This document shows, one piece after another, positions 1-12,633 of a DNA stretch of 64,000 bases (positions within the stretch are counted from its first letter, which is position 1; each line of letters begins with the position of its first letter). Position numbers and translations under genes: made by a program. Location of the stretch: positions 1-64,000 of the forward strand of contig NIVC01003224.1 in the NCBI GenBank assembly GCA_002269645.1, in the 5' to 3' direction. This stretch comes from Macrostomum lignano (lineage: Eukaryota). Below the pieces are notes generated by a model, which saw nothing but the letters and a program-made list of their open reading frames with translations, did not search any database and was not told the origin of the DNA.

Positions 1-3000
1 GGTATTGGCATAGTGCATCACAACTGTACGGCCGACTATCAAGCTAATGAAATCGAAAAGTGAAAAATATGAGCAAGGCTTTATAGTTGATCCCTACGTG
101 ATGTCGCCAACTAATATAGTAGCGGATGTGCTGCGAATCAAATCCGACCAGGGCTTCTCCGGCATTCCAATCACCGACAGCGGCAAAATGGGGGGCAAAC
201 TGGTTGGGCCTGGTAACCTTTCGCGATATCGACTTTCTTGGCGAGTCCAGTACAGCACTCCTATACGTGAGGTCATGACCCCGCTGAGCGAGCTGATCAC
301 TGCTCCGGCTGGCGTCACACTTAGCCAGGCTCACGATGTGCTGCAGAAAAGTAAAAAGGTGAGTAAAATTTGTCTTCAAATTGGCAACTTCTTCTCTAAA
401 ACTGGTTGCAGTCTACTAGTGGTTTAGAGCGTCGGACTCACGACGGAAAGGTCGGGGGTTCGTTTCCCGACCCACTCTGAAGAGTTTGTGTCCTTGAGCA
501 AGACACTTAACTTTGTGCATTGCTTCAGTTCACCCAGCTGTAAAATGGGTGCCAGCATTAGCTGGGGTAATTGAGAGTATGTGGACCCCTCCCCCAGTCC
601 CTGGACTGAACAGCCGTACGCAGCCTTCAGATGCGCCGCACAATAGCTGCGGCTGAGCTGTCGGTTGCACATCTGCCCATTAGGGAATAATCTATATAGA
701 TTACTGATTTTTTTCTAAACATTTTTTCCGCCAGGCAAATTACCAATCGTGAACGATAGCGGCGACCTTGTTGCTTTGATTGCTCGCACCGATTTGAAAA
801 AAAATCGCGAATATCGCTATCTAGCAAGGACGATAAGTGAGTATTTTACTATGATATTTTTATCGGGAATAAATGCTTATCTACAAAATCACCAACCGTG
901 ATTAGTAAAAATATGTCGAGGTCTTATTTGTCTCTGCGCAAATCATTTCATTAGGGCTAATTAATTGAGAAGTATTTTTGTCCAAAGTTTTCAAATATTA
1001 ATCAATTTTTTATCTAGCGTCAGCTGCTGGTTGCCGCCGCTCTCAGCACCCATGCTGAAGATTACACGAGGCTGGAAGGACTGCTACAGGCCGGAGTCGA
1101 TGCTATCGTTTTGTAATTAAAATATGACTAGATTTTCTGCCTGAATTTATGCTTTTCATTGGTTCACTGAAATGGAAAGGAATGAAATGGACACAGACAT
1201 CAGAGATGAAATGGACACAGACATCAGAGAGATGAAATGGACACAGACATCAGAGATGAAATGGACACAGACATCAGAGATGAGAAGGACACAGACATCA
1301 GAGAGATGAAATGGACACAGACATCAGAGATGAAATGGACACAGACATCAGAGATGAGAAGGACACAGACATCAGAGATGAGCTGGACACAGGGATCAGA
1401 GAGGAAAGGGACACAGACATCAGAGATGAGAGGGACACAGACATCAGAGATGAAATGGACACAGACATCAGAGATGAAATGGACACAGGGATCAGAGATG
1501 AAATGGACACAGACATCAGAGATGAAATGGACACAGAGATCAGAGATGAAATGGACACAGACATCAGAGATGAAATGGACACAGAGATCAGAGATGAAAT
1601 GGACACAGACATCAGAGATGAAATGGACACAGACATCAGAGATGAAATGGACACAGACATCAGAGATGAAATGGACACAGGGATCAGAGATGAAATGGAC
1701 ACAGGATCAGAGATGAAATGGACACAGGGATCAGAGATGAAATGGACACATACATCAGAGATGAAATGGACACAGACATCAGAGATGAAATGGACACATA
1801 CATCAGAGATGAAATGGACACATACATCAGAGATGAAATGGACACATACATCAGAGATGAAATGGACACATACATCAGAGATGAGAGGGACACAGACATC
1901 AGAGATGAAATGGACACATACATCAGAGGTGAAATGGACACATACATCAGAGATGAAATGGACACAGACATCAGAGATGAAATGGACACATACATCAGAG
2001 ATAAAAGGGACACATACATCAGAGATGAAATGGACACATACATCAGATGATGAGGGACACAGACATCAGAGATGAAATGGACACATACATCAGAGATGAA
2101 ATGGACACACATCAGAGATGAGAGGGACACAGACATCAGAGATGAAATGGACACATACATCAGAGATGAAATGGACACATACATCAGAGATAAAAGGGAC
2201 ACATACATCAGAGATGAGCTGGACACAGACATCAGAGATGAGAGGGACACATACATCAGAGATGAGCTGGACACAGGTATCAGAGAGGAAAGGGACACAG
2301 ACATCAGAGATGAAATGGACACATGGATCAGAGATGAGCTGGACACAGGGATCAGAGAGGAAAGGGACACAGACATCAGAGATTAAATCTAAAATTTAAT
2401 AAATAAGCTCAGCATATTTTCCCAAACCAAACAGGACAGTTCCCAAGGCAACAGCATCTATCAAATTGACATGATTCGCAATGTGAAATCGCAGCACCCG
2501 GAGCTGCAGGTGATTGGCGGCAATGTAGTTACAGCCGCCCAAGCCAAGAACCTCATTGATGCCGGCGTTGACGCCCTCCGCGTTGGCATGGGCTCCGGCA
2601 GTATCTGCATCACCCAGGAGGTCATGGCTGTTGGCAGGCCTCAGGCTACAGCCGTGTACAAAGTGGCCGAATATGCGAGACGATTCGCTGTGCCAGTGAT
2701 AGCTGACGGCGGCATCCAGTCTGTTGGGCATATTATGAAGGCTCTATCGCTAGGCGCTTCAACAGTTATGATGGGCTCAATGCTAGCTGGCACTACCGAA
2801 GCACCTGGCGAGTACTTCTTTGCTGACGGTGTCCGGTTGAAGAAATACCGCGGCATGGGCAGTCTGGACGCGATGGAGTCTGGCAAGAGTGCCGCCGTTA
2901 GGTTGGTTTCCGGATCTGTCTGCCTGTTTGCTTGCGTAATTGTTCCCTAATGACTTCCCCTAATGTCTTCGAGAATTGTCCCCTAATGACTATGAGAATC

Positions 3001-4209
3001 GTCTCCCTAATGACTATGAGAATAGTCTCCTAATGAGTATGAGAATCGTCTCCCTAATGAGTATGAGAATCGTCCCCTAATGACTGTGAGAATCGTCTTC
3101 TAGTGACTTTAAGAATCGTCCCCTAATGACTATGAGAATCGTCTTCTAGTGACTTTAAGAACCGTCCCTAATGACTATGAGAATCGTCCCTTAATGACTA
3201 TGAGAATCGTCCCCTAATGACTATGAGAATCGTCTCCCCTAATGACTATGAGAATCGTCCCTTAATGACTATGAGAATCGTCCCCTAATGACTATGAGAA
3301 TCGTCCCTAATGACTATGAGAATCGTCCCTAATGACTATGAAAGTCGTCCCCTAATGACTATGAGAATCGTCTTCTAATGACTATGAGAATCGTCCCCTA
3401 ATGACTATGAGAATCGTCCCCTAATGACTATGAAAGTCGTCCCCTAATGACTATGAGAATCGTCCCTAATGACTATGAGAATCGTCCCTAATGACTATGA
3501 GAATCGTCCCCTAATGACTATGAAAGTCGTCCCTAATGACTATGAGAATCGTCTTCTAATGACTATGAGAATCGTCCCCTAATGACTATGAGAATCGTCC
3601 CCTAATGACTATGAAAGTCGTCCCCTAATGACTATGAGAATCGTCCCCTAATGACTATGAGAATCGTCCCTTAATGACTATGAGAATCGTCCCCTAATGA
3701 CTATGAGAATCGTTCCCTAATGACTATGAAAGTCGTCCCCTAATGACTATGAAAGTCGTCCCCTAATGACTATGAAAGTCGTCCCCTAATGACTATGAGA
3801 ATCGTCTTCTAATGACATTAATTTGGGGCTTGTGCACAAAAAATAGGCTGATGGGGCTTATATGCCTGACCGTCCATAGAAAAGTTGGGGCCGCTTTACA
3901 GCCTGCAAACTATCTAATAACTGACAATGGTCGCCACTGAAACTCCCAAGGTATTTCTCGGACACGGACAATGTGAAAGTGGCCCAAGGCGTGTCAGGCA
4001 ACATAGTGGACAAAGGCTCGGTGCTACGCTTAGTCCCTTACCTGGTGTCCGGCCTACAGCACGGTTGCCAGGACATCGGAGCCAAATCTTTGTCCTCGTT
4101 GCGCTCGATGACGTATAGCGGCGAGTTGAAATTTGAGCGTCGGACGCCCAGTTCGCAGTACGAAGGCGGCGTTCACAGTTTGCACTCGTACGAGAAACGC
4201 CTGTTTTAA
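1..4209 (+). CDS. IMPDH: Inosine-5'-monophosphate dehydrogenase, 5'-truncated by the window; exons approx. 1-358, 735-836, 1018-1112, 2435-2901, 3951-4209
   Basis: Translations [23 protein letters not shown]-domain [26 protein letters not shown], catalytic [24 protein letters not shown], flap RYF and C-terminus [18 protein letters not shown] boundaries read at each exon. The first three exons need several single-base indels at homopolymers. Confidence 0.97.
404..683 (+). mobile_element. tRNA-derived CORE-like SINE, copy 1 (IMPDH intron 1)
   Basis: A-box-like TAGTGGTTTAGAGC, B-box-like GGTTCGTTTCC, then TGTGTCCTTGAGCAAGACACTTAAC...CAGCTGTAAAATGGG resembling the MIR/CORE central domain; same sequence occurs six times in the window. 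Confidence 0.9.
1182..2383. repeat. 24-bp minisatellite (ACATCAGAGATGAAATGGACACAG)n, about 50 units, IMPDH intron 3
   Basis: Directly visible tandem array; explains the MDTDIRDE and MKWTQTSE pseudo-ORFs. Confidence 0.97.
2945..3817. repeat. About 23-bp minisatellite (CCCCTAATGACTATGAGAATCGT)n, about 38 units, IMPDH intron 4
   Basis: Directly visible tandem array between exons ending 2901 and starting 3951. Confidence 0.97.
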
Positions 4210-7200
4210 TTAATAAACAATAGTTAACCGCTTCTTGTGAAGCTCTGACTAACTTGGGACTAAGTTTGGCTTTGTTACATTGAGGCTAGTGCTTTGACCG
4301 TGCTTGGGAGTTGTATTCCAATTTCTTTTTTCCCTATGCCGAATTTCATTCCTAACTACCTGAATGAGAAAGTAGTGTTCGCGCATTGTTGTGTTGTCTA
4401 CTGTGAGTAGTATTTTCATATCTTATTATGCTTTGAGTCGAGAAATTGGTGTATTTTCGTATTGTTCTTATTGTTATACGAGTAGTAGTCTTACTAATTA
4501 ATATGAAAGTTACGTGTTAAAGAACCAGGTACAGTTTGTTTACAATTAAATACTGTTGGTCATAGTCTTAGGTATTTCGAGCTACTAGGTCAGTACCGTC
4601 AGTAGTATGTAAGCTCTGATACTCAATAACCCGTTGAGAACGTTACCGTGACAAGAATCGCTAGAGTGATTGTAAACAACTCACTTAGTAACTATGGCGA
4701 TTCTTTTGAACGACTCAAACGACTGTTGTGCGACGGACAGGCGACAGTTTTAGTCACGATCGCATCACGTGAGTTGCAGAATCGTAGGAGTCGCAAACAG
4801 CCGTCCAAGGGTCGTTGTGTCAACGCTTAACTTTGTACTGAGTCAAGTAGACTAAATAGATTAGTTATAAACGCGAAATGCGAGATTTTAGTTCATAAAG
4901 TGACACAGATGCATTTTAGACGCAACTCAGTTATTCTACAAGGCGATTCTAGCCCACCCCAGAGTCGCTTCAGAGTTCAATGTTTTAATTAATTGAATTA
5001 GTTTTCATTAAACAATAAATAATGCTTGGATTTTGTTATAAATCTCTATAAACCGAATTTATAGAAATTTGATTTGCTTTTGGCCTAAGTGGCTGCAATT
5101 GACTAGTCTGGGCCAATAAAAGCATGCGCGAGTTCTTTTTACCTATTCCATTATAATTAATTATTATTATTTTGCTACTATATCAATACATCCAGCTATG
5201 GAGTGCAATTATTATTTATAACAAACGGTGAAGGTTTCTAAGCATCATTTAGCTTCAATATCTATAATGGAATCTTTCTTTTTTGTAGTTGCGCCCTTAC
5301 TAGTTTCAGCCTGTGTTTTTTGCAGTTAAAGTTGAGAATAAAACTGAATCTAACGTATTGTAATTTATGATTGGCTTTTTTGCTGTTTAGTTTTTTGTGT
5401 GCACAATTGAATCAACTCTCTTGAATGCTTTTTTATCTCTTTTTTGACGGCTTTAATTATCTGCATCTTATTAGTGAGATCTGACTCTCAGTTCCATACG
5501 ATTGTCTTTGTTTATTATTTATTGCAAAATGAATTTTCTTTACCAATTGTTTCAATAACCCAAGCAAGTTAAAGTTAAATAACGTTTTTTTACCTTTTCA
5601 ACTCTTGGTTACTGATTGATTTTTTTCAATAAAATAATTAGTTCCTAAAACATCTACGAGTATCAAGAATTTGTTAGTGATCTGATTTGAAGTTTATTAC
5701 AACTGAACTCGTTTCGCCATCTCTTGTGAAGCTGAATTTTCTTTTGTTGAGGTTTTTCGTCTTAAATTATTTATATGTTTACTTAGGCAAAAGTCTTAGA
5801 GAAAGGAAAGCTCTTCACGACTGATGATAAACCAAAACAGTATTTACATATGGTAGTATTGTACAGTGAATCGACCTAGCATTTAATGAAATGTTGGTGT
5901 CCTCTAAGAAAGCTTTCCTTTGTATTTTATTCTGACCAGCTGACCAGCTCGTAAACCCGATTCCTGCAACGAACTGCTGCAGCCTGAAATTTTCTACATT
6001 TAGTTGACACAGATGTGGTTAATAAGCCACCTAAAACTACAGGTATCCGTGCCTAAAACTATTTAACTTTTAGGTCTGCGTGTCATCTGAAAAGGATAGA
6101 ACCTTGGTTTATCTCTGCTGCCAATACGCACTTAGGCATTCTAATACATTATGACCATAAGTCAGGATGCTAATACACGTTTAGATGTTGCATGATTTTT
6201 AATTAATAGTGATTACGTTTAACCATTAATTAATAGTAAGTAATTGAATTGTATAGATTTTCTTAATTGTGTTTCTTTCCGTCCGACATTATGGGAAGTT
6301 AGATCTTAATTCAAAGTTAAGAAACTGCATAAAAAATAGCCATGTGAAAGGTGTTGTCTCAGTTTTCTTCGTTAAAAGAAAATAATTTGTCGGTGCTATT
6401 AAACACAAAATTCTGTTATACTGTTAACGTAGTTTCTCGTAACGTTTAAAACTGCTAAAATGCAGATAAAATCATGTCCCCCTTTTTACATTTTTATCCT
6501 GTTCGTGTTCGTGGCCAGGCACCGGCCACTGAAATGCGGTCAAGTGATTGATTGACTTCAATTGGCTGTGATGTAAAATAAAATGACTTATTAATGCACT
6601 AAGAATTTCTTCACTCTATTTTTGCCAGTCCTTTTTTAGTGCAATATGGTCTATACATAGGCCTACACCAACGATTTGCCATTTCGACTCATTTTCAACC
6701 AGATTTTTGGCCCATTTGGTGTCGTTTGGACTAGGATAACGGGTGCTAGTTTGAACTGCAGCTTTCATATATGTAGCAAGGACTACCCAAGTAAGATCTA
6801 AAAACCTCGTTTCTTGGAAAAAATATCAAGCGGGTTTTTGTAAAAAAAATAGGCTTAGCCTTGCACAACGAGGATAAGAAGTTTTCTGTTTTATAGCGCA
6901 GGAATTTTTATTGCTTTTGATAGCAGGCAGACCCAATTTTCACAATTTTCAAATGTTTAGGCATACAAGTGCACAAGTACAAACTTTGAGCCCTAGCCCT
7001 AGATAGGCCTAGGCCCCTATGCTTCTTGAATCTTTGACAAGACCACAGAACCACATTTTCATAGGCCTAGGCCCTAGGCCTAGTTAAACCTAAATTATTC
7101 AGTTTTTTATTCTTTGATTTTGATCCAAGCTAGGCTTGCTCTAATAATCTAGATATAGGTTTCTTGTTAGGCCTAATACTAAGATAGTTAGGCCTAGGCC

Positions 7201-8409
7201 CCCTATGTTTAGAATCTAGTTTTAAGATATAATAATTAAATTTAAGATAGGTCCCTATATAATTTTAGTCAATTTTTTTGTTATAGGCTCTAGTAGGCCT
7301 AACTAAAGGCCTTGTTGGAATAAATTTTGAAAACCTAGGGATTTGCACTTTAGAAAAGAGTCAAATTAATTTATTGGGCTTTAGGATTATTAGAAATGTT
7401 CCAAAAGAGATTTTTATGTCAAAATCAAAATTTGCTTTTTTTCCACAATTGAAACTGAAATTTGTTGTGTCTCTACACATGATCGAAACAGCCCCCTAAG
7501 AGCGCTCTGCAGTTATCGAGCCTAGAGATGGCGTCAGCCCATTGACCAGACTGACTCCGTAACTGAGCGTGGGGTCGCGTCGAGGTAGGGTAGTCAGTCC
7601 ATCCCTGAGGTGTACAGTACCCACTTCGCACAAGGCCCAAATGAGTAATGAATGCAGGCGCAGGTCTTACTTTGATTTCCAATCTGCTTGACGATGGGCA
7701 AGGCAGCGAATTCATCAAATTTGTAGAACTGAGATTCTTGCCATTGAAGTTTGTAGGTTCTGAAGAGTGGTCTAGTGTCAGGCGTCAACCAGCGTGCTTG
7801 CCTTGCCCACCGCCAGCAATTCTCTATTTATTTGGATCGCAGTAAGCCCTAGGGTCTCACGCTAGACAGCATTATCAAAACCCAACTTATTGGCCAATCA
7901 CCAATTGACAAGGCTAATAAAAGGGGGAGAGAGGGGCCAGACCAGCCAATCCGGCTGGGTACGCATAAAGAAAAGGGGGCAAAGCATAAGAGCTGATACA
8001 CAACTGGGGGGGGGTTAGCGCAGGCAGAAATGGGGGGGGGCTGACACAAACAGAATGGGGGGGGTGGTGCAGGCACGCGGCCAGGAAGGGTGGGAGTGCA
8101 ATGCCGGGCGCACTTGACCGAGAGCCAGAGATTGCTCATCGGTGCAAGCGCACCCGGGCACAACAAATTTTCCAAAACAATTTTAGAAAAACAAAGTTTA
8201 GTATATATAACAGGCCTTTTAGCTCTTTTTAGAAATCCTACTAAGGCCTAATGCCACCAAAGTTGATGAATAATCCCACTGGTTAACCACCAAAGTTGTA
8301 ACAGGGGTTATTTCTTTTTACTGATCTTACTGGTTATTACTAGCCTTTTTAATGGTAGTATATGTATTTCTATTGGTAGCATATATACTTCTATTAGTAG
8401 CATATGTAC

Positions 8410-8708
8410 CATACATGCGCAACCTCCAAAATTCGGTCGGCCGTGCGACTTAGTTTTAACAAAAATGCGACATAGTTTTTGGCCAGAAATGCGACTTACA
8501 TGTAAAAAAAACCCTAAAGCAAAATTAACGCAACTTTGGGTAAACGGCAGGAGTAACTATGACTGTCCTATTAACCCAAAATGCCTCGTCAGCTACTTAG
8601 TACTACTACTTAGGTATTTTTTCGGGTGGGCATTTTTGCGACTTCCTTGGTTGGTCACCAAATCAGTCGGCCGGATCGGCCGACTCGGCCGACTGTTGCG
8701 CATGTATG
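8410..8708 (+). mobile_element. hAT-type MITE family A, copy 1, carrying a 28S rRNA-like fragment
   Basis: Perfect 14-bp TIRs CATACATGCGCAAC / GTTGCGCATGTATG; 8-bp TSD ATATGTAC at 8402-8409 and 8709-8716; second copy at 41288-41548. Confidence 0.92.
8520..8601 (+). other. 28S rRNA-derived fragment (helix 69-71 region) inside the MITE
   Basis: GGGTAAACGGCAGGAGTAACTATGACTGTCCTATTAACCCAAAATGCCTCGTCAGCTACTTAGT aligns to the conserved eukaryotic LSU sequence GGGTAAACGGCGGGAGTAACTATGACTCTCTTAAGGTAGCCAAATGCCTCGTCATCTAATTAGT (reference recalled from memory). Confidence 0.88.
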
Positions 8709-9635
8709 ATATGTACTCTTATTAGTAGCGTCTATACTTTTTAGCCTAAGCAGTCTAATGGCACTGTCTATCCTATTCCTATACTCCTCTAAAGATATTA
8801 TTCTCTCAGTCTTAGGTGTTCCTGGGATCAGAGGGTCACAGCTTATTTGCTAGGTATTCTGCACTAAAGCAGGTTTCTTAGACTCTGAGTCTAGACTTCT
8901 CTATCCTGTGGTAGGATTCCTGCCTTCTAAAGGCAATTTCTCGGATCCTAGATCTGGATGTCTCATTCTCTGAGAATGGACTGAACTCCTAATCTTGGGG
9001 CAACTCCTATGTCATTATCTACTACTCAAAATAAGTAACACAAGTGATTATAAGCCTAAGGCTAATTTGAAGCTTGATCAATGTTCAAAACAATGGTACA
9101 AGACTAACAAACAAGAAAAGGTTCTTTATTTTGGCTCCTAGCTGACTCCTCACTCCTTTTTATAGTAAATTTTTTCCTATTATTTAAAATAAAGTATTAA
9201 TACATAGAATATTCAGAATATTTTGCATATAAGAAATATTTTTAATATTCACTTAGTATAACAACAGTCGTACATTTTTGAAATGCAACTTTTTCTAGGA
9301 AATTGTTATAAAAACTGGAGGCCTATTATATATAACCAACATTGACTTTTTTACTTTTGATTTACTGCTTATGCAAAATGAAATACATGTATGTATAGCA
9401 GAAATTGGTTTATTTTTAGCCACTTTTTTAGACACTTCCAAAAATTTCACTTTCTAATTTTTTTGAAATTAAAATTTGCTCTTAAAAATTCCAAATTTTG
9501 TAAAATTAAAATCAAAATTTTGGAAAATCTTTGAGCATTTTAAATGATAAGCATAGTTACCACACCTGTGCTATTTTAGTGCTACTGCACTATTTTGTTT
9601 TAGCTGTGCTACTGCGCTACTGTGATCTTTAAAAT

Positions 9636-9807
9636 CATGCTTAGGCGCAACCTTGGGATTCACTCGGCCATTTCTATTGGCAACATACACATGTAAGTTG
9701 CTATTGGACGGAATAGTAGTCACAAGACTGCTCTTAGCCAATAGCGACTTACATGTGTGTGTTGCCAATAGAAACGGCTGGGTGATTCCTAAAGTTGCAC
9801 ATGTATG
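9636..9807 (-). mobile_element. hAT-type palindromic MITE family B, copy 1
   Basis: Near-palindromic body; right end GTTGCACATGTATG shared with family A; 8-bp TSD TTTAAAAT at 9628-9635 and 9808-9815; strand is nominal (inverted relative to copy 2). Confidence 0.88.
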
Positions 9808-9827
9808 TTTAAAATGCTGTCAATTCT

Positions 9828-10604
9828 GTGTTAAGTGAGTTTTATAGTTACATAGACCAAGTCAACAGTGTTTCATCATCATTGGAGACCTTTTGCAGCT
9901 ATATCCAGATATGCTTTGACCAAGAAAATGTTGTTAATGAGACTAACTCTCTGTGTCTGTTAGACCTCGCCAATTGTGCCAAGGAATGCTCTAATCAGTT
10001 GGATAATGCAAGTCTGGTGATTGGTGGCAAGACCTGTGAGACTGTTGACAGACTGTTGCCTATTGATTGCATTGGATTCTACAAGAGTGTTTACAATTTC
10101 TATTGTGAGTTAGTGCAGAGGCTTTTTTCACAACTGCCACTGCAGAACAATATCCTCCGAGCTCTTCACTTTGTCAACCCTGACTACCTTCTTGGAGAGG
10201 ACTTTAACTTTGACAGAACCGTGTTAAGGGTTGCCAAATCTATGAGCACCATCATTGCAGTTGATGAGCCTGATGAGCTGCATCTCAAAGTCACCAGGTT
10301 GCATGCCTAAAACTAGGAGCTCAAAAAGTCAAATCCTGAGAAGTTCTGGTCATGCCTGCGCACTGTGACTTACCCACTGCTATCAAAGCTAAGGCGCAGT
10401 GCATGCTGCATCCTGCATGGGGATGCGGACAACAAACAGTTTTTAAAGTGGATAGACAATGACTTAACAAAGCAGCAGAACAAGCTTTCTGAGTTAACGC
10501 TCAACTCTCTACTCATTATTAAGACCTTGCTGAAGGCAAATTTGGCCACTGCACATACAGTCACAAACCAAATAAACCTAATTGCCAGCAGCTTTGAAGC
10601 CTGA
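9828..10604 (+). pseudogene. Degenerate hAT transposase, C-terminal part including dimerization-like region
   Basis: One frame broken by in-frame stops (about 10308 and 10314): LVIGGKT..FYKSVYNFY..LPLQNNILRALHFVNP and PEKFWSCLRTVTYPLLSKL..ILHGDAD..LTKQQNKLSELTLNSL, fitting the hAT FW..YP.L..L...P..NA..ER.FS..T..RN.L pattern. Confidence 0.7.
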
Positions 10605-12490
10605 AGTAAAGCAGCTGATTGCACTCAATTAGAACAATGACAGCAGGCAATGAGGAGACTGCAGAAGAAGATAAAGGAACAGCGATTAAGATGCTATAGC
10701 AAAGATGGCACAAGAGGAACAGCAGCAGCAGCAAGAGGATTTAGTGACACAGCAGCTGACTGTCAATGGGATTCGAAGGAAGGCACAAGAGGAACAGCAG
10801 CAGCAGCCTCACCTCCAGCAGGCCTCCAAGCAGCTCCAGACACTGGCTAGACCCCATCAGGGCTGGCCACCAGTGCTAGGCTATCAGGCATGTGGTGGAA
10901 GGTCCACTGGCCATGGACACGAAAGTTGGAATTATGGCCCCACTGAGGTTGACGCTAGTAGACCTGGTGGCAGACTTGCCAACATGCCCTCTGCATAGTT
11001 GTGTGGCGATGTAGTGTGCAAGGCCCCTGTCCAGAGGCGAGCGAGACAGTGATGGCTGGCTGTGCCATGTTGCAGCCAGACCATTCCCGTAGGCCCAATG
11101 ACCAGGGACCCAGCTGGGCCATCAACAACAGCAACAGCAGCAGGAGGAGGATTTAGTGATGCAACAGCAGACTGTTGATGAGATGCAAAGGAAAGTGCCA
11201 GAAATTCTGGCAGCTGCATCAAGGGTGGAAGGGCATTGCAAAAATGGCTCAAGTGACAGAGCATGTCCAGTCAGCCTAGGGGCAGTAACAAAATTTTGCG
11301 AATCAAATGTGCCACTGCCGCTGGACCCTCTAAAATTGTACAAACTTCTTACTTTATTATGTTTTTAACTATCATTAGTTAAGTTTTTCTTGTATTGGTT
11401 TTGGAATTGCTCTGTGAAAAGCATCTGTCACAACATTCAGTTAAAATTCAAATTCAAACTAAGTTCTAACTCTCTGTCACCTCAGTTAATATAAAAGTCA
11501 AGCTAGCGAAAATGTCACTGTTCACTTCAATTTTATAAGCATCTTTAGTAAGTTAATCCTTTCCCTAAAGTTATCAAATATCCCTTGGCTATTTCTTGTC
11601 TAGGAGCTACTTGTAAAAAGTGTACATGTTTGAGCTATATGTATGTGTACTTGCTGTGCAAGTGTAATCCATCCAATTATCAGTAACAGGAATAAGTTTT
11701 ATTTATTATTGTTTTGTTTCTTAAATAAATGGGTTAATGTAGCTTTTCAGTTTCCTAAGACTTGATTTACTATTATTTATTAATCCATGGTTACTGTTTA
11801 ATAGTTACTTAACTTAACTTTAAAACTAATTATTTTATGCTTCACTAAATCTTTGGTGCTGCGCTAATATTCTTTTACTTTCCTATGGCAACTAGGCCAC
11901 ATAGGCCCCTTCCACAGAGGTATTAGACCCCCTTCCATGTATATTTATTTGCTAGAGCAGCAGCCAGCAAGAAAGGGCAGCATGCGCAAGCGCTGCGCAC
12001 CTGTGCTTGCGCTGCACCTTAGAAAATTTTCAAAAGTGTGCTAGACACTATCCGCAGTTTTTATAACTTTTTTCTATAAGGACTAAAAGATACAAATAGC
12101 AAGATAGTTATTTCACAATTAACACATAAAACAAATACCATCTAAATTAAGTGAAAATAACAAAATTGCAATGCAAATTATAAGAGCTATTAAGTTTAAA
12201 AAGTAAAAAAACATGTCACACATATTATTTATATATTATAGTAACTTATAATGGTTCTTGTCATTGACTTTAGTTAGCTTTAAGCTTATTTACATAAGTA
12301 ATTGTTAGACCTATTTATTAATGTTAAATGAGCTTTCTTCCCTATGACCATAAAAATAACCAGTTTTTTTCCTATATACAGTGATTATAAATAACAGTTT
12401 TGCTATTGAATGATTATATTAAGTTAAAACCTTAAGCCCAAATAGTGTCTTATGTTTTGACTATAAAAATAACCATTTTGCTATTTATAT

Positions 12491-12601
12491 CATACATGCA
12501 CAACCTTGGGAATCACCCGGCCATTTCTATTGGCAACACATACATGTAAGTCACTATTAGCTAAGAGCAGTCACATGATTACTATTCTATCAAATAGCAA
12601 C

Positions 12602-12633
<32 letters not shown>

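Noticed and set aside
1237-2399. Long repetitive ORFs ([24 protein letters not shown])
   Set aside because: Translations of the 24-bp intronic minisatellite, open in several frames on both strands.
4687-4696. AGTAACTATG, a 10-mer also found in 28S helix 69
   Set aside because: No flanking similarity; expected by chance in 64 kb.
8520-8601. Possible rRNA gene
   Set aside because: Only about 80 bp, diverged and enclosed in a TIR/TSD-bounded MITE; recorded as a captured fragment.
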